Positions 12,270-26,000 of a stretch of 64,000 nucleotides of DNA are shown piece after piece. The first letter of the stretch is position 1. Each line of letters starts with the position of its first letter. Source of the DNA: Macrostomum lignano (Eukaryota); assembly GCA_002269645.1 (NCBI GenBank), contig NIVC01002138.1:1-64000 (forward strand). The letters are read 5' to 3'. The notes beneath the pieces are model-generated. The model worked only from the letters and a program-made list of their open reading frames with translations, had not been told where the DNA came from and ran no database searches. The position numbers were made by a program, and so were the translations under genes.

Positions 12270-13086
12270 ATAGAGAGCGGATCAGCCTTAGAAGTAGAGA
12301 GCGGATCCGACTGAGGAGTAGAGAGCGGATCAGACTGAGGAGTAGACAGCGGATCAGACTGAGGAGTAGAGAGCGGATCAGACTGAGGAGAGAGCGGATC
12401 AGACTGAGGAGAGAGCGGATCAGACTGAGGGGTAGAGAGCGGATCAGACTGAGGGGTAGAGAGCGGATCAGTCTGAGGAGTAGAGAGCGGATCAGTCTGA
12501 GGAGTAGAGAGCGGATCAGACTGAGGGGTAGAGAGCGGATCAGTCTGAGGAGTAGAGAGCGGATCAGACTGAGGGGTAGAGAGCGGATCAGTCTGAGGAG
12601 TAGAGAGCGGATCAGTCTGAGGAGTAGAGAGCGGATCAGACTGAGGGGTAGAGAGCGGATCAGTCTGAGGAGTAGAGAGCGGATCAGACTGAGGGGTAGA
12701 GAGCGGATCAGTCTGAGGAGTAGAGAGCGGATCAGACTGAGGGGTAGAGAGCGGATCAGTCTGAGGAGTAGAGAGCGGATCAGTCTGAGGAGTAGAGAGC
12801 GGATCAGACTGAGGAGTAGAGAGCGGATCAGACTCAGAAGTAGAGAGCGGATCAGACTGAGGAGAGAGCGGATCAGACTGAGGAGTAGACAGCGGATCAG
12901 ACTGAGGAGTAGACAGCGGATCAGACTGAGGAGTAGACAGCGGATCAGACTCAGAAGTAGAGAGCGGATCAGACTGAGGAGAGAGCGGATCAGACTGAGG
13001 AGTAGACAGCGGATCAGACTGAGGAGTAGACAGCGGATCAGACTGAGGAGTAGACAGCGGATCAGACTGAGGAGTAGAGAGCGGAT
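12270..13086. repeat. 24-bp minisatellite (gagcggatcagactgaggagtaga)
   Basis: About 34 units. It explains ORFs 12257..13423 and 12266..13186. Confidence 0.95.
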
Positions 13087-13142
13087 GGGGAGCAGTGAGA
13101 GAAAGGTTCATATTAAACAGCTCAAAGGCATTGCGCAAGCCT

Positions 13143-14096
13143 TCAGCCGATGGGCTTGGCAGACTGGAAGATCTCGTCAGTCGTGAGCTCCCGGTCCCGT
13201 TCGAGGATCTCGGGATTCCGGCCGCGCAGGTAGCGAGCCTTCTTGGCCTCCTGCAGCAGAGTCCTGAAGTCCCGCTCCAGCCGCTCCAGCTCCTCTGCCT
13301 TCTGACCGCCCGGCCCGACCTCGTCGTTCGGCTGCTCCTCCTTCGGCTCCTCCAGCGGAACTCGACGCCCCGTTCCCGCCGTTTTGTGCCGCCTTCTGCT
13401 GCGCCGCTGAGTGTCGCCGCCATTCGCCCCGCTGGTTTCGCGCCAGTCGTCCACGAAAGTCTCCGCCCGCTCGATGGCCGAGTCCATGAGATGGCGAGAG
13501 CGGCACTTCTTCATGAACTGCTCCAGGCTGAGGCCGCCAATGAGGACGCGAGGCGCGGCGGCGCCGCTAGCGGACGCGGAGGCAGCTTCGTCGCTGGCGC
13601 GCTGGCGCTCGAGAAAATCGGTGACAAGCTCGTCCTCGGACTCGGTGAGCTCGAACATCTGGCCGCTGGCTGAGGCAATCGAGCGGCGAGGCGACGCCGG
13701 CGGTACGGAGCCGCCAGAGCCGGGCAGGCGGGACACGAAAACCGGAGGCTGCACCGGTTCGGCCTCGTCCGCCTCGGATGGCGTCTGAATGACGAACTCG
13801 AATGGCGCCGACTGGCCGTGGCGCTGCCCGGCACTTTGAGGCTCCTCCTCGGCGCCATCCATGTGGCGCAGCATTTGCTGGGACTTGATCTTGGCCAGCT
13901 CAGTGTTGTACCTGGCCAGCTTCTCCTCCATCAGGGTGCGCTCGCGTTTTAACCGGCTCATCACGGCGTCCGTGTTGATCACCTCGAAGTACAGCCGCTT
14001 CTTCAGCTGCTCGCCGTCCAGGCGCTGGTAACGGCGCTGGTCGTGCGCCAGCTTGTAGGAGCGCTCGCGGACCGCCTTGCGCCATTCGACCTGCAT
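13143..14096 (-). CDS. Uncharacterised 317-aa protein with N-terminal and C-terminal coiled-coil-like segments
   Basis: GC-rich open frame with ATG in atcATG context. An upstream 5'UTR intron is plausible (gtatgt near 14255, ctaat...aaacag acceptor at 14200). No family recognised. Confidence 0.65.
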   Translation of the reverse strand: MQVEWRKAVRERSYKLAHDQRRYQRLDGEQLKKRLYFEVINTDAVMSRLKRERTLMEEKLARYNTELAKIKSQQMLRHMDGAEEEPQSAGQRHGQSAPFEFVIQTPSEADEAEPVQPPVFVSRLPGSGGSVPPASPRRSIASASGQMFELTESEDELVTDFLERQRASDEAASASASGAAAPRVLIGGLSLEQFMKKCRSRHLMDSAIERAETFVDDWRETSGANGGDTQRRSRRRHKTAGTGRRVPLEEPKEEQPNDEVGPGGQKAEELERLERDFRTLLQEAKKARYLRGRNPEILERDRELTTDEIFQSAKPIG

Positions 14097-15529
14097 GATG
14101 AAGCACCGACTGGGGGTGATGCTGGGATAGCTGGGCTAACTCGGTTATTATTGTCACAGTTTTGTATAGCGGCCCCTCGAAGCCGCGAGCGCTCGACCGC
14201 TGTTTGATTAGCAAAATTTGAGAGAGATAAAGAGAGCAAAACTGCTTTTTTACATACTCTTCATCACAGCGGCTGAGTTGCTAGCCATATACAACTGGCA
14301 GTCCTTCCAGCTGCCGCCATAGCTCATCTATCAGGCACAGAACCAAAGGCGCTCCGACAGGACTGCAAGCCTGGTTAATTTGCTTTTTAGTATCTGCGCC
14401 ATTGTGCAGCATTGCTGTTTCACCTGTTGGGGGGCTGAGAGAGTTGGAGAGGACAGGTGGAGGTGGGCAGAGCTGGGTGAGGCTTGCAGCTCTTATTAAA
14501 ATAACAATACGTAAAACTAGATGATAGATGGGCCTTGCAAAACGCCATTTTTTCTATTAGATTCTGATAAAGAGCTGTAAGAAGAGACGATGGCTGCACA
14601 AGACTTTTTTTGTCTGAAAAAATGGTAAACAAGTTGTAGAGAGTTAGTTTGATAAATTATCAGCAGCTGATCAAGGAGCTCCTATGGATGGAGATGTTGT
14701 GCAGACGCTGCTTTAGGAAGCAATAAAAAATATTTAGCATTTCAATATCTGTGAACTACTTGCTTCTCAATACGAACTCCAATGCCGCTGATGATCCCCC
14801 CTGAGCACGTACTGTACACGCTCCTCACACGGGGTGTACACAACGAGCGTACAGGACCGCGATTACCTCACTACTGCTATCTGCCAGAGCCTTAAAAAAC
14901 TTTTCTCTGTTCTTGAGCTTGTTTTTCATAAAATTTTCTCTGTGCGCTACTTAAAGTAGGGCAATGTGAACAAAATGCCTGATAATTCACGAATCTAATC
15001 CCATATTGAGGCGCAGGTTGCAAGTGGGCTTCTTGCTAATCCTTAGCTAGCAGCCTCTCTTCACTGCGCATGTGCAGGCATTTATCTAATCTAGCTGGCT
15101 TTAATCAAGCCAAGCCCGGGGGGCCGCTGTGCATTTCTGCAGAACCAACTGCTTTGCTCCCACGCCCCATTGCCCTGTGCATTTTGGGAGGAGGAGGGGA
15201 ATCTTTGGCATTTCAAACCGGGGGCTGAAACTACCGTAAATTTATGGAAAGTCAACTGGAATGAAAAAATTCATAATTCATAATTCATAAATTTTGCCTC
15301 ATAGCCGTATTGAACTCTATTAATAGTTTGCATCGATAATTTATAAGCAGAAAATGAGTGGGTAGCCATGTCTCATAATCCGCAGGGGAACTGGCAGCAT
15401 GAATTATTAGTCATTTATGCTGAATAAACCTACTCTGAGAGTTGAAATGTCGATTAAATTTAGATGATTGGAGTATAGATAGAATAGATATGAATGGGAA
15501 TTGGAAAACAGAAGTAGTGGAGAAGATAG

Positions 15530-15542
15530 AGAAGTAGCGAAG

Positions 15543-15611
<69 letters not shown>

Positions 15612-15756
15612 GAGAGAAATAGAAGTAGAGGAGAGAGAGGTAGAAGAGAGAGAACTAGAGAGAAGTAGAGGAGAGAGAGAAGTAGAGGAGAGAGAGAAGT
15701 AGAGGAGAGAGAGAGAGAAGTAAAGGAGAGAAGATAAAGAAGTAGCGAAGAAAGAA

Positions 15757-15803
<47 letters not shown>

Positions 15804-18800
15804 CCGAGAGAGAGAGAAGTAGAGGAGAGAGAGAAGTAGAGGAGAGAGAGAAGTAGAGGAGAGAGAGAAGTAAAGGAGAGAAGACAGAGAAGTAGAGAGA
15901 GTGAAGTAGAGAGAGAAGTGGAGGACAGAGAGAGAAGTAGAGAAGACAGAGGATAAAGAAGAAGAGAAGCTGGAACTGTGGAATACGATCTTGCCGCAGA
16001 CGGCAGGCACAAACAGGCAGTTGTGAGTGAAAACAGAGAATCAGGGCAGGGAGCGGGGCTTCAGCCTTTCAAAGTCACGTACGGCAGGCTAAAAAGGGTT
16101 TTGAAAGCTCATAAAAAGTCAGTCCAGACAAATCTTATGCACAAGGGGCAGCTTTTATCGGGAGTTCTAACTAGCCTGATAGAACCAGTTGATTGGATGT
16201 GTGCCGAGTGACTCAGCACGATTGAAGCTCCGACTGGAGTCAATTGATCTCAGGCTATGAGAGGGAGAGACGCTGCAGAGTGCAGACAGACTCGATAGAC
16301 GATAGGAGGGAAATGAGTAGAGGAGGGGAGAGAGTAGAGAAAAAATGGAGAGAGGCGAAAAGAGAGAGCAGAGAGATGAGGGGAGAGAGGAGAGTAGAGA
16401 GTAGAGAAGAGAGGAGAGTAGAGAGGAGTGTAGAGAGAAGAGTAGAGAGTAGAGAGTAGAGAAGAGAGTAGAGAAGAGAGGAGAGGAGAGAGGAGAGTAG
16501 AGAGGAGAGTAGAGAGGAGAGTAGAGAGGAGAGTAGAGAGGAGAGTAGAGAAAAGAGTAGAGAAAAAAGTAGAGAGGAGAGAGGAGAGAGGAGGTGGGGA
16601 GAGAAGGGATGAGAGGGGGACGAAGGAGAGAGGAGAATAAGAGAAAGGGATGTAACTAACAAGAGAATGAATATAGAAAAGTAAGTCTGATGAAAGCATC
16701 TCGTGTTTAGCCTTAAAGAACGCTAAGCTGCGGACAAGAAGCCTCGCGCGCTCGCATGGAAAGCAGTCGGTTCCGCAGTTCAGTTCGGAATGCTTTTTGG
16801 TGGGCACAGAAGGAAGGGAGATGGGAAAGAGGCGAAGTCATAAGGTCACTACTGGCCTGGTTGGCAAAAGAATGTGGGAATTGATTTTTCCCAGAAAGAG
16901 AGGTGGAGAGACGCGTGGCGTTTTGGGATGCTGCAGCTGGCCAGCCTCCCCGAGTCCTGCATGCGATAGCATCGAATGCAGCCAGAAACTGCTTCTGATC
17001 TGGATGAAGCGCAGGGCAGAAAGACAACGGACGAAATCCTTTATTTCTTCTTTCGTCTCCTGCACAGCCCCAATTTGTCAAGAGGCAGGGACAGACGGAC
17101 GCGAGGATCAGAGGATGCATTCAGAAGGGACATCAAGGAAGTGCTATTTTTAGAGGCAACAAAACTGCAGCAAGGTTTTGGGAGCCGAAAGGCAGTTAGA
17201 GAACTCATCCAGCGTCGACAAGGAGAAAGCAGCAAACGTTTCAATTCGCATTTCCTGTTTGCGAATAAATAATCAAAGAGCAGATGAAGTCAAACCAAAA
17301 TGGGAGAGAGGGGAATGGGCAATGAAAATGAATGAGGCGATGAGAGGCGATGAGAATGGATTAGATAGGATGAGAATGTATTAGAATGAATTAGAAAGGA
17401 TTAAAATGGATTAAAATGAATTAGAGAGGATGAGAATGTATTACAATGAATTACTCGTAAAGAGGGTTAGAATGGATTAGAATGGATTAGAGAGGATGAG
17501 AATGGATAAGAATAGAATAAGAGGAGGCGGGAAGGGATAAGAGGGTGAGATGAGATAGTAGGGGAGTAAGGGTAGGTGACTGATGAGAATAAGAATGAAT
17601 GAGAAAAAGCAGTGAGAGTAGATCAAAAGAGATCAGGGAAGGCAAGATAGGAGAGGATAAGAAGAAGTGATATAAAGGATGGCACAGTAAGGGCTGTCTG
17701 CTTTCCTCTCTAGTTACATTTGCCTCCAGGGAAGCTGTCAAGACAATCAGTCTGGATAGTAAAAAAATCAAGTGTACAAGAGCGAAAAATAAGCAGTATA
17801 GGATTGGATGAAGAGTTTCTATGGCAAGGATCAATTTATTGAGCAAGGCCCCCAACAGACTATGTTAGAGTCTTCTAAGTCAGTCAGGCATCAGGCAGAG
17901 GAGATTGGCGTGTACAGATAGGAGACATAGGATATGGGCCGCGGGGCAATGGGCGTAACCCAGATGCTGCGCTAAGGGATTTTTATGATAATCTCTTGTT
18001 TGCAGAGGGGAGACTGTCTTGCTGGAGACCTGGGACTCATTTTTTTATACGGATGACTTTCGGGAGAGGCAGCGGTAGAGGAAGAAGATCTGGCACAGGC
18101 GGTGTAGAAAAAAAGAGACCAAGCTCAGCCAGAGGAGAGGCAGCTGGGAAGAGGGAGAGAGAGAGGGAGAGCGAGGGAGAGAGACAGAGCGAGGAGAGGG
18201 AGAGCGAGAGGGAGAGAGAGAGAGAGAGAGCGAGGGAGAGAGAGCGAGGGAGAGAGAGAGTGAGGGAGAGAGCGAGGGAGAGAGAGAGCGAGGGAGAGCG
18301 AGGGAGAGAGAGAGTGAGGGAGAGAGAGAGAGGGAGAGAGCGAGGGAGAGAGAGAGCGAGGGAGAGAGAGTGAGGGAGAGAGCGAGGGAGAGAGAGTGAG
18401 GGAGAGAGGGAGAGAGAGAGAGCGAGGGAGAGCGAGGGAGAGAGAGAGCGAGGGAGAGCGAGGGAGAGAGAGGGAGAGAAAGAGAGAGAGGGAGAGAGAG
18501 TGAGGGAGAGAGGGAGAGAGAGAGCGAGGGAGAGAGAGAGCGAGGGAGAGCGAGGGAGAGAGAGTGATGGAGAGAGAGAGGGAGAGAGAGAGCGAGGGAG
18601 AGAGAGCGAGGGAGAGCGAGGGAGAGAGAGTGAGGGAGAGAGAGAGGGAGAGAGAGAGTGAGGGAGAGAGGGAGAGGGAGAGAGCGAGGGAGAGCGAGGG
18701 AGAGAGAGCGAGGGAGAGAGAGACCGAGGAAGAGAGAGTGAGGGAGAGAGGGAGAGAGAGAGCGAGGGAGAGCGAGGGAGAGAGAGAGCGAGGGAGAGAG

Positions 18801-18973
18801 AGTGAGGGAGAGAGAGAGAGAGGGAGAGAGAGTGAGGGAGAGGGGGTGAGAGTGAGGGAGAGAGGGAGAGAGAGGGAGAGAGAGAGAGAGCGAGGGAGAG
18901 AGAGGGAGAGAGCGAGAGAGCGAGAGAGAGGGAGAGAGAGAGAGAGAGGGAGAGAGAGAGGGAGGGAAAGAGA

Positions 18974-19026
<53 letters not shown>

Positions 19027-19119
19027 CGAGGGAGAGAGAGTGAGGGAGAGCGAGGGAGAGAGAGAGGGAGAGAGAGGGAGGGAGAGAGAGAGGGAGGGAG
19101 AGAGAGTGAGGGAGAGAGG

Positions 19120-19155
<36 letters not shown>

Positions 19156-19640
19156 GAGAGCGAGAGAGAGGGAGAGAGAGGGAGAGAGGGAGGGAGGGAG
19201 AGAGCGAGAGAGAGGGAGAGAGAGAGAGAGGGAGAGAGAGAGAGGGAGAGCGAGGGAGAGAGAGTGAGGGAGAGAGGGAGAGAGAGAGCGATGGAGAGGA
19301 GAGAAGATGGCACCTCCAATCTCAGGCGCTGATACGGTGAAATGACTGATGATAAAAGTCAATCTAGTTCATGAAAATCATGTTGCCGATTGCCGATATT
19401 ATGAGTAAGGTTACTCTTCGTCAGGGCAGTATGAGGGAGAGGGAGAGTGAGAGGGAAAACGAGAGAGAGCGAGGAGAGAGAGGGGAGAGGAAGAGAAACA
19501 AGAAAGACAAGAGAGGAGCAGGAAAAAGAGAGAAATAGAGATGACAGCGGTGCAAGCGGAGAAATCGGGAAAATATAAAAGAGGAGAAGAGATCAGAGAG
19601 CCTAGAGAGATATATAGATAGACAGTCAGTCACAAAGGGG
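15530..19640. repeat. Purine-rich low-complexity blocks (AG)n/GAGAGTA (15530-15965, 16315-16680, 17500-17680, 18140-19300, 19430-19640) and a 10-bp aatggattag array (17360-17520)
   Basis: Read directly. The SL/ER-rich ORFs are translations of these tracts. Confidence 0.9.
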
Positions 19641-20511
19641 AAGAATTTGAGCATGGAAAAACTCAGATCAAACCGGGGACAGGCGGACAGGCGGGGCCAC
19701 ACAGCGGAATAACAGAAGAGAGATCTGCCGGCCGCCAAAAAGGCAAACACAGGCAGGGCGGGCACACCGCCGCCGCCGATGCAAGCGCAGAGATCTGTGC
19801 AGGAGAGTTCAAACGCAAACACACACAAAAAGCACCCGATGGAAGGACTGCCGGGAGGGGGGCGTGAGAGACGGAGGAGAGCGCGAATACCATTAGGACT
19901 TGGGAGCCATAATATGCATATTTCTATGTGTGTGCGCGTGTATATTTGCGAGTGCACGGCATATGCGGTCATTCTCAAACAGTTCGTATAATAGCAGAGG
20001 TCGGACGGGGTCGCTGTGTAAGAAGAATGCATAATACGTAGCAGCCGAATAGTCTTGACCTTAACAGAAAACCTACTTATGAGCTAATAAAATAATGGGC
20101 ATTAATTTAACGCATTTCTTCTTCCTGCGCTGGAGGGGGGCGGCTCCAGAGGTGAAGGAGCAATGCAGAGAGGGAAGGCAGCCCCTAACCGAATATAGGC
20201 CGCAGGCAAACAGCTGAGTGAGACGAGAGGGAAGAGACAGATTTGGAGAGCGCGCTGCCGAGAGGCAGGAAGTGAAACGCTATAGCCTCTAGCTCTCGCA
20301 TGCCTACTTTATTATTGAATATTCCGACTGCAATTTCCTGCTAGCTGGAAACGGTTCGGCGCATGAGAATTGGGCCACTTTAGACAGAGCAAGCCTTGTA
20401 CCAGGGCGCGTAATAACGCCAATATGGCTAGCTCTTGCAGGCTTGAAGCAACAGAATGGAAAGCGGCAAAATGGCAGAACAAAGACTAATGGGAGCAGTG
20501 ATACGAGCTCG

Positions 20512-21445
20512 TAGCAGAACAAAGACTAATGGATGCAGAGTGATAGCAGAACAAAGACTAATGGATGCAGAGTGATAGCAGAACAAAGACTAATGGATGC
20601 AGAGTGATAGCAGAACAAAGACTAATTGATGCAGAGTGATAGCAGAACAAAGACTAATGGATGCAGAGTGATAGCAGAACAAAGACTAATGGATGCAGAG
20701 TGATAGCAGAACAAAGACTAATTGATGCAGAGTGATAGCAGAACAAAGACTAATTGGTGCAGAGTGATAGCAGAACAAAGACTAATTGATGCAGAGTGAT
20801 AGCAGAACAAAGACTAATGGATGCAGAGTGATAGCAGAACAAAGACTAATGGATGCAGAGTGATAGCAGAACAAAGACTAATTGATGCAGAGTGATAGCA
20901 GAACAAAGACTAATTGGTGCAGAGTGATAGCAGAACAAAGACTAATTGATGCAGAGTGATAGCAGAACAAAGACTAATTGATGCAGAGTGATAGCAGAAC
21001 AAAGACTAATGGATGCAGAGTGATAGCAGAACAAAGACTAATGGATGCAGAGTGATAGCAGAACAAAGACTAATTGATGCAGAGTGATAGCAGAACAAAG
21101 ACTAATTGATGCAGAGTGATAGCAGAACAAAGACTAATGGATGCAGAGTGATAGCAGAACAAAGACTAATTGATGCAGAGTGATAGCAGAACAAAGACTA
21201 ATTGATGCAGAGTGATGGCATAACAAAGAATAATGGATGCAGAGTGATAGCAGAACAAAGAATAATGGATGCAGAGTGATGGCATAACTAAGACTAATGG
21301 ATGCAGTGATAGCAGAACAAAGACTAATCATGGATGCAGAGTGATAGCATAGCAAAGACTAATGGATGCAGAGTGATAGCATAGCAAAGACTAATGGATG
21401 CAGAGTGATGGCATAGCAAAGACTAATGGGTGCAGAGTGATAGCT
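20512..21445. repeat. 32-bp minisatellite (tagcagaacaaagactaatggatgcagagtga)
   Basis: About 29 units read directly. Confidence 0.95.
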
Positions 21446-22448
21446 TAAAAACAGGTTTTGGGCGAAAATGTTGTTGCAATATAAAAGCAAGCTTTTAAAA
21501 TTGAAAATGATAAAAACAAAACCTCAGATTATGAAAGCAGCAATCTGAACAGAAGCTTGATAGGAATAAAAACGATTAGGTCAATAGGGCAAGCAGGGTC
21601 AGCCGAGCCATCACAGGACATGTGTGATTAACTGCATAATACACTTATTCATTAGCAAGTTTATCAATGCATTATGCAGAGTAACCACACAGTCACAGGT
21701 GATGAATTTTTTAATACCTTTTAGTATATAATATTTTCTAAGCTTGCAGTGCAATGACTCAAATTTCGTGAACAACCTGCATAATAGATTATGTAAATAG
21801 TTTAGTTATTATCATGACAATCCAATTCTGCAAGTTGTTTTGCACGACACTTGAGTCAGTTATCTAGTATATGGATTAACAAAATTTTAATAACTTACCT
21901 TAACATTTTTCTTTGTTACAATGTATCCAATATGATTATGTATCCAGTTAAATATATAGAGATAGTAAAATAGCAGACATTTGGATGAAAAAACAATAAT
22001 GTACATTGTTAGATAATGCCTAAGTTATTCCTTTAACTTTATGAACAAAAAACTGGCCTAAATATCATTTATATTTGTATCATAAAATGCTAAAACCTTT
22101 TTAATAGTAAATCTAGTCTATCTATTCAGCTTTTAAAAGTTCATTTTGCATTTTGCTTCATGATATCAGACAAAAAAGATCCAATTAACATATCCAAACT
22201 GAGTCAAATTGGTTTTAAATTTTTATAATATCATTTCTATTCTAGCAGAGATCATTTAACATATTAATTTAAATGCTCATAAACAATTTTTAAATCCTAT
22301 ATATCAACTAAGATATAAGTATACATGTACAATTTAGGCAATATAGTATTGAAAGGTAATTAACTTCTTTATATTTAGAGGTCATTCAAGAATATCTTCA
22401 TCTAGCATAAAGTCAAATTAAATAAAAAAACAAGATATGACTTAATAT

Positions 22449-23061
22449 TGTCGTAGGGCTCTGTCTCTCTATACAATTTCAACCGCTGACACCAAAGTGT
22501 GCTAGGGGTTATTCCTTCTTGTTAATATTGCTGGTTATTACTCGCCTTTTACTCGTAGCGCATGTACTTCTATTGGTAGCATCTGTACTTCTATTGGTAG
22601 CGTATGTACTTTCTGGCCTGAGTGGTCTTTTAGGCACTGTCTATCCTATCCTTATACTCCTCTAAAGATATTATTCTCAGTCCTGGGCATTCCCGGGATC
22701 AGAGGGTCACAGCTTATTTGCTGGGTATTCTGCCCTGAGGCGGGGTTCTCAGACTCGGAGTCTGGGCTTCTCTACCCTGTGATAGGATCTCTGCCTCCTA
22801 AAGGCGATTTCTCAGATTCTAGATCTGGTTGTCTCGTTCTCTGAGAACGGGTTGAACTCTCCCAATCTTGGGGCTTCCAATGCTTTCTAAAATAACTAAG
22901 TCAGTAAGTATCAAGCAATATACTAGAACAGTTTTAAGCTTGAAGCTAGCAAAGCACAAGTAGCACAAGTTGCTCTCCTTCTTATTCAGCTTGTGTATTT
23001 ATACTCTTCTCGATTTGGTCTTTTAAACAAATAAAATTTCATAATATTTAAAATATTTACA
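22449..23061. mobile_element. Possible solo LTR (TGT...ACA ends, atat flanks, AATAAA about 30 bp from the right end)
   Basis: GC-richer island inside AT-rich DNA. The 4-bp atat flanks could be chance in this composition. Confidence 0.3.
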
Positions 23062-26000
23062 ATATTACTATTATACGTATTAAAACAAAATAACCTAGTT
23101 TCAAATATACTACTTTCTAGGAAACGAACAATGCTAAAATAAGGCCCACCTCAATATATATACTTAATAGTCAAAAGTTCCACTCCCTATATATTATGTA
23201 TATAGCTACAGAGACAAGTTTCTTATTTAAAATTCAACCTACAAGTATAAATTAAGCAACCATGCTGAAAACTAAGGATTATGCTCATCACAATAAATAA
23301 CAATAGTCTTTTTAATACTAGCTATTTTTTATTATGCCTCTAGTTTTAAGCAATCTAAAGTATGAAAAAAGTTGACTTACACTCATTTATAGAGAATGAT
23401 TTTTATATGTAGAGATAACACTTGACCATAAGTTGAATATAAGTATATTTAGGTAATGCAACATTTCAACAAGTAGCCATGTAGCTTATAGAATTTATTT
23501 AAAATATTCATTATGCAGCTATGAGAATAAATTCTATTGATGTATACAAACACTTTGCATAAATGTTATCACATATAATTTTACTTTCTTTTACTTGAAA
23601 AAGACTAATTTATTTTCTAGTTTAAAAAGATCAAGAAAATAGTCAAAAGTATTGATAATAATGACTAAATACAAGTCACAATTTAGTATAGAAATTATGA
23701 CCAAAATTAAAATTGAATATTGCTAATTAAAACCAAAACTTTGCTAAAAACTAATATATTAGATAAACCTAACAATCTGCATTAAATAAAGCATCTAAAA
23801 TGCAATAAAGGCCTATATCATTTGAAACTTCAAGGCTTTAGCATAAGCTTATAACCATAAGCCCTAAAATTATTCCAAGAATTTCAAAATTAATTCACCA
23901 TCCTATCAGTGATATATCCAAATATTTGGATTTGGAATCCAAATCAGATTTAAAATGTCTCTGTTTTTAGAAATACAAATGTTTTGGATTCAGAAATTTT
24001 ATTTTCTGAATATTTCTGAATATGCTTTCAAATATGAAAAAATGAAGAAACATAAACAAATTAAAATGTAAAAGAAAAAAACTTTTGAAATAAGAAAGTA
24101 CAAAAAATCAGAAAAATACATATTATATTATATTATTCATTTTTGCAGTAACATATTTTAAAGAAAGTTATAGAAAGTAAATTTACTTTTGCAATTATTG
24201 TTAAGTGCAAACATTAATGGTTTTTTTTCAAAATGTACATGCATGGACTTACAATAAAGTTCTTAAATTGCAAAAATATAATATCAGTTATTATTAGTAA
24301 TTAGAATTAGTTAGATTACTTATATAAGAATTAAGATCAATTCAAACTTATTTACTCTTTACTAAGTTTTAATTCTTGCAATTTCACTTGAAAAGTAGAC
24401 TAGTTGTGCTTAGATCACTAATTAGATGACAAAGCATTTTCATTACTTAAAAGTGTCATAGTTACTCCCACCATTTATCTTTTACCTTTTACTTACATTT
24501 GGAAACATTTGGACATTTGGATTTGAAACTATTTTGTAATTTGGATTTGGTTTTGGAAACTCGAAAAATCAATATTCAGTCCATAACTATATAATCAAGT
24601 TTATGCTCAAAAAAACCAAATGACAAATTACATATATATTGTAATATATATATAGACATTATCAAAAGTCATTGCAATAATGAAGGACCTTTTTTGCATT
24701 TTAACAATATAGCCTATAGGAATATAAGACCCTTTCTTGCATATAAAAACTAAGGCTAAGACTAAATAAAATTTTAGTCTTTGTATACCAATAGCTATGC
24801 CAACAGCTATGCTATATATTAGCTCTATAGCATAATTTTCTAGTAGGCTTTTTGTCCACCAGATACTTTATACCAATAATTCTTTTCAGATCCATTGTAG
24901 GGTATGGTCAAAATCATCATATTCTAAATTGTCATATATGATGATGACAACTTAGCCAATCTATAAGATTTTACCATTTGAATATAACAAATTCATCAAA
25001 TTTCTTGGAATTAAAACTAAACTAAATTAAACAAAATAACATGTTCTGCCTTAGAATAAATTAAAGCACATTTTTATAACAGCTAAGGAATAATATCTTA
25101 AATAAAGTTTAAAAATATGATTGCTTCTAATTATAAAGTTATCAAACTGTTACAAGGCAATATTTCTATCATTTATTCCTAGTTAAACCCAAAGAATATC
25201 AAGCTAATATTAGCTTAGTGTTCTTTAGTTAAACCTTGAAATTTAGTTAGACTATTAACTTTAATATAGGAATTAGTCCAAGGCTTTGCATCTTTTAAGC
25301 AGATAATAACAATATAAGTTTAAGTTGAGAATCATTTTGTTGGCAAGCAATAACATGTTACTATTAATGAGAGCAGATCTTTGTGCAGCCAATGAAATAT
25401 AATATGATGATTTAGTGAATCCAGCATTGTCTAAATGCAGAGATGATGACAAATTTGATAATTTAGATTTATTTGTTTTTTTCATAACCCACATTTGAGT
25501 CTATGATAATCTCAAATATGATAATTTCGGCTGGAGCCCCATTGTATGGCTATATGCTAGAATTTTCTGGCATATATATATAAGATTTGGGAGTGGGGAA
25601 GTAGTAGATAGTTGTTACACATAAGAAAGTTCCCTCTTGCATAAAAAATAAGCACCAGAAAAAATGAGGGCAATATTTTCATTCATTGAGTTCAATTATT
25701 TTGACATGAAAAAATAGTATAATACAAAGTCATTTGTCATTAGAGTGTCAATAGTAGTGCCAAACTCAATATAGGAAGTTCCTAAACACTTTTGGCGATG
25801 GGAAGAGGTGGCGCCATAGATACTCATTGAGGTGGGTATCAAACCGGGCGAAATAGTTTACTAATTTAAGCATTCCCGCCATTAGTCAAAGTTTAATAGT
25901 TTAAACATTAGTCAACAACATCACACGAATGATTCCCAAGGACGACTAGCTTCCATGAGGTAGGTAGGTAAGTAAGTGGCTCAGGCAAGAAGCCTGTTTG

